Source: Spirochaetaceae bacterium
GTDB lineage: Bacteria > Spirochaetota > Spirochaetia > DSM-27196 > PXBQ01
DNA: 15,651 nt
NCBI GenBank assembly: GCA_007695285.1
Contig: REEC01000072.1
Location: 1 to 15,651 of the forward strand
Direction: 5' to 3'
Below, one piece after another: positions 15,122 through 15,651 of this stretch; positions within the stretch are counted from its first letter, which is position 1; every line of letters begins with the position of its first letter. A program made the translations under genes and the position numbers. A model generated the notes under the pieces. The model searched no databases, had not been told where the DNA came from, and saw only the letters and a program-made list of their open reading frames with translations.

Positions 15122-15651
15122 CTACTCCTCTTTTCTCGGCGCCGAAGCGTGTTGAGAGGTTGGCGTCGTCGGGACCGGCACGGCATTCGATAGAGCAGCG
15201 GTTACCGGGTCGGCTACTACGAAACGGCCGATAGCCATCTCCGACGGAACAGGTGGAAGAATCGACAAAGGATCGAACCGTTTCCCATGACTATCGAAAA
15301 CCTCAAAATCTAGATGAGGTCCGGTTGCTTGCCCGGTACTACCCATACTCGCGATTGTACGTCCGGGCGTCACGATCTCAGAAAGAGTCACTTGGATAGA
15401 ACCCGACTGAAGATGACTGTACCGAGTTGACTGTCCGTCCGGATGCCCAACAACGACGAACTCTCCGTAACCGGCATGGCTACCGATCCGTACGACTCGG
15501 CCCCATTCGGCCGCAGCGATCGTCGTTCCTTCCAAATTTGCGATATCGATTCCGTAGTGGTATGGATGTGTGAATCGCCCATTTGCCTCAAAAACGCTCC
15601 GCGGGCCGAAGACTGAGGTTAGCGTTCCGTGCGTCGGCCATTGGTATTGCA
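15122..15651 (-). CDS. M23-family (LytM/lysostaphin-like) metallopeptidase, 5' end outside window
   Basis: In-frame translation continues open to the window edge: ...FTHPYHYGIDIANLEGTTIAAAEWGRVVRIGSHAGYGEFVVVGHPDGQSTRYSHL...STGQATGPHLDFEV. These are the canonical HxxxD, GYG and GPHLHFE-like M23 motifs. The ORF-track start at 15535 is a TTG inside the domain, so the gene is truncated by the window. Confidence 0.75.
   Translation of the reverse strand, partial: QYQWPTHGTLTSVFGPRSVFEANGRFTHPYHYGIDIANLEGTTIAAAEWGRVVRIGSHAGYGEFVVVGHPDGQSTRYSHLQSGSIQVTLSEIVTPGRTIASMGSTGQATGPHLDFEVFDSHGKRFDPLSILPPVPSEMAIGRFVVADPVTAALSNAVPVPTTPTSQHASAPRKEE

Noticed and set aside
15533-15535. M23 peptidase start at 15535 as given by the ORF track
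   Set aside because: The codon there is a non-ATG start inside the conserved HxxxD/GIDIA region. The frame is open to the window edge, so the gene is simply truncated by the window.
1-15651. CRISPR arrays, tRNA/rRNA genes, IS elements/integrases, and toxin-antitoxin pairs
   Set aside because: I scanned for spaced direct repeats, tRNA T-loop signatures (GGTTCGAATCC-like), transposase/integrase motifs and small adjacent ORF pairs, and found none convincing in this window.

Overview
This is a 15.6 kb high-GC (~60%) bacterial chromosomal window with no RNA genes, CRISPR arrays, IS elements or phage signatures. I read about 17 real genes. The organism looks diderm (two small C-terminal-aromatic beta-barrel OMPs, periplasmic HtrA). 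It uses canonical GGAGG Shine-Dalgarno sites and has several near-perfect sigma70 consensus promoters (TTGACA-N17/18-TACAAT).

The core is an 8-gene co-directional minus-strand block, 2108-9215, in the order htpX (M48 protease), an intramembrane HisKA_3 sensor kinase, a NarL-type response regulator, a DtxR/MntR-like metalloregulator with an unusual Cys4 tail, htrA, rlmD and a small OMP. That arrangement suggests an envelope proteostasis/stress locus.

Other content:
- a KamA-family radical-SAM aminomutase carrying an uncharacterised ~200 aa N-terminal extension, driven by a consensus promoter whose spacer holds a G6 tract
- a membrane-anchored dienelactone hydrolase
- a YtrA-type GntR regulator translationally coupled to a multi-TM SPFH/stomatin protein, with a palindromic operator
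- an AlaX-type tRNA editing protein, followed after a 107-nt gap by a standalone DRTGG protein
- a truncated M23 peptidase tightly coupled to an unknown exported protein

Most other long ORFs in the six-frame track are antisense shadow ORFs typical of high-GC DNA.
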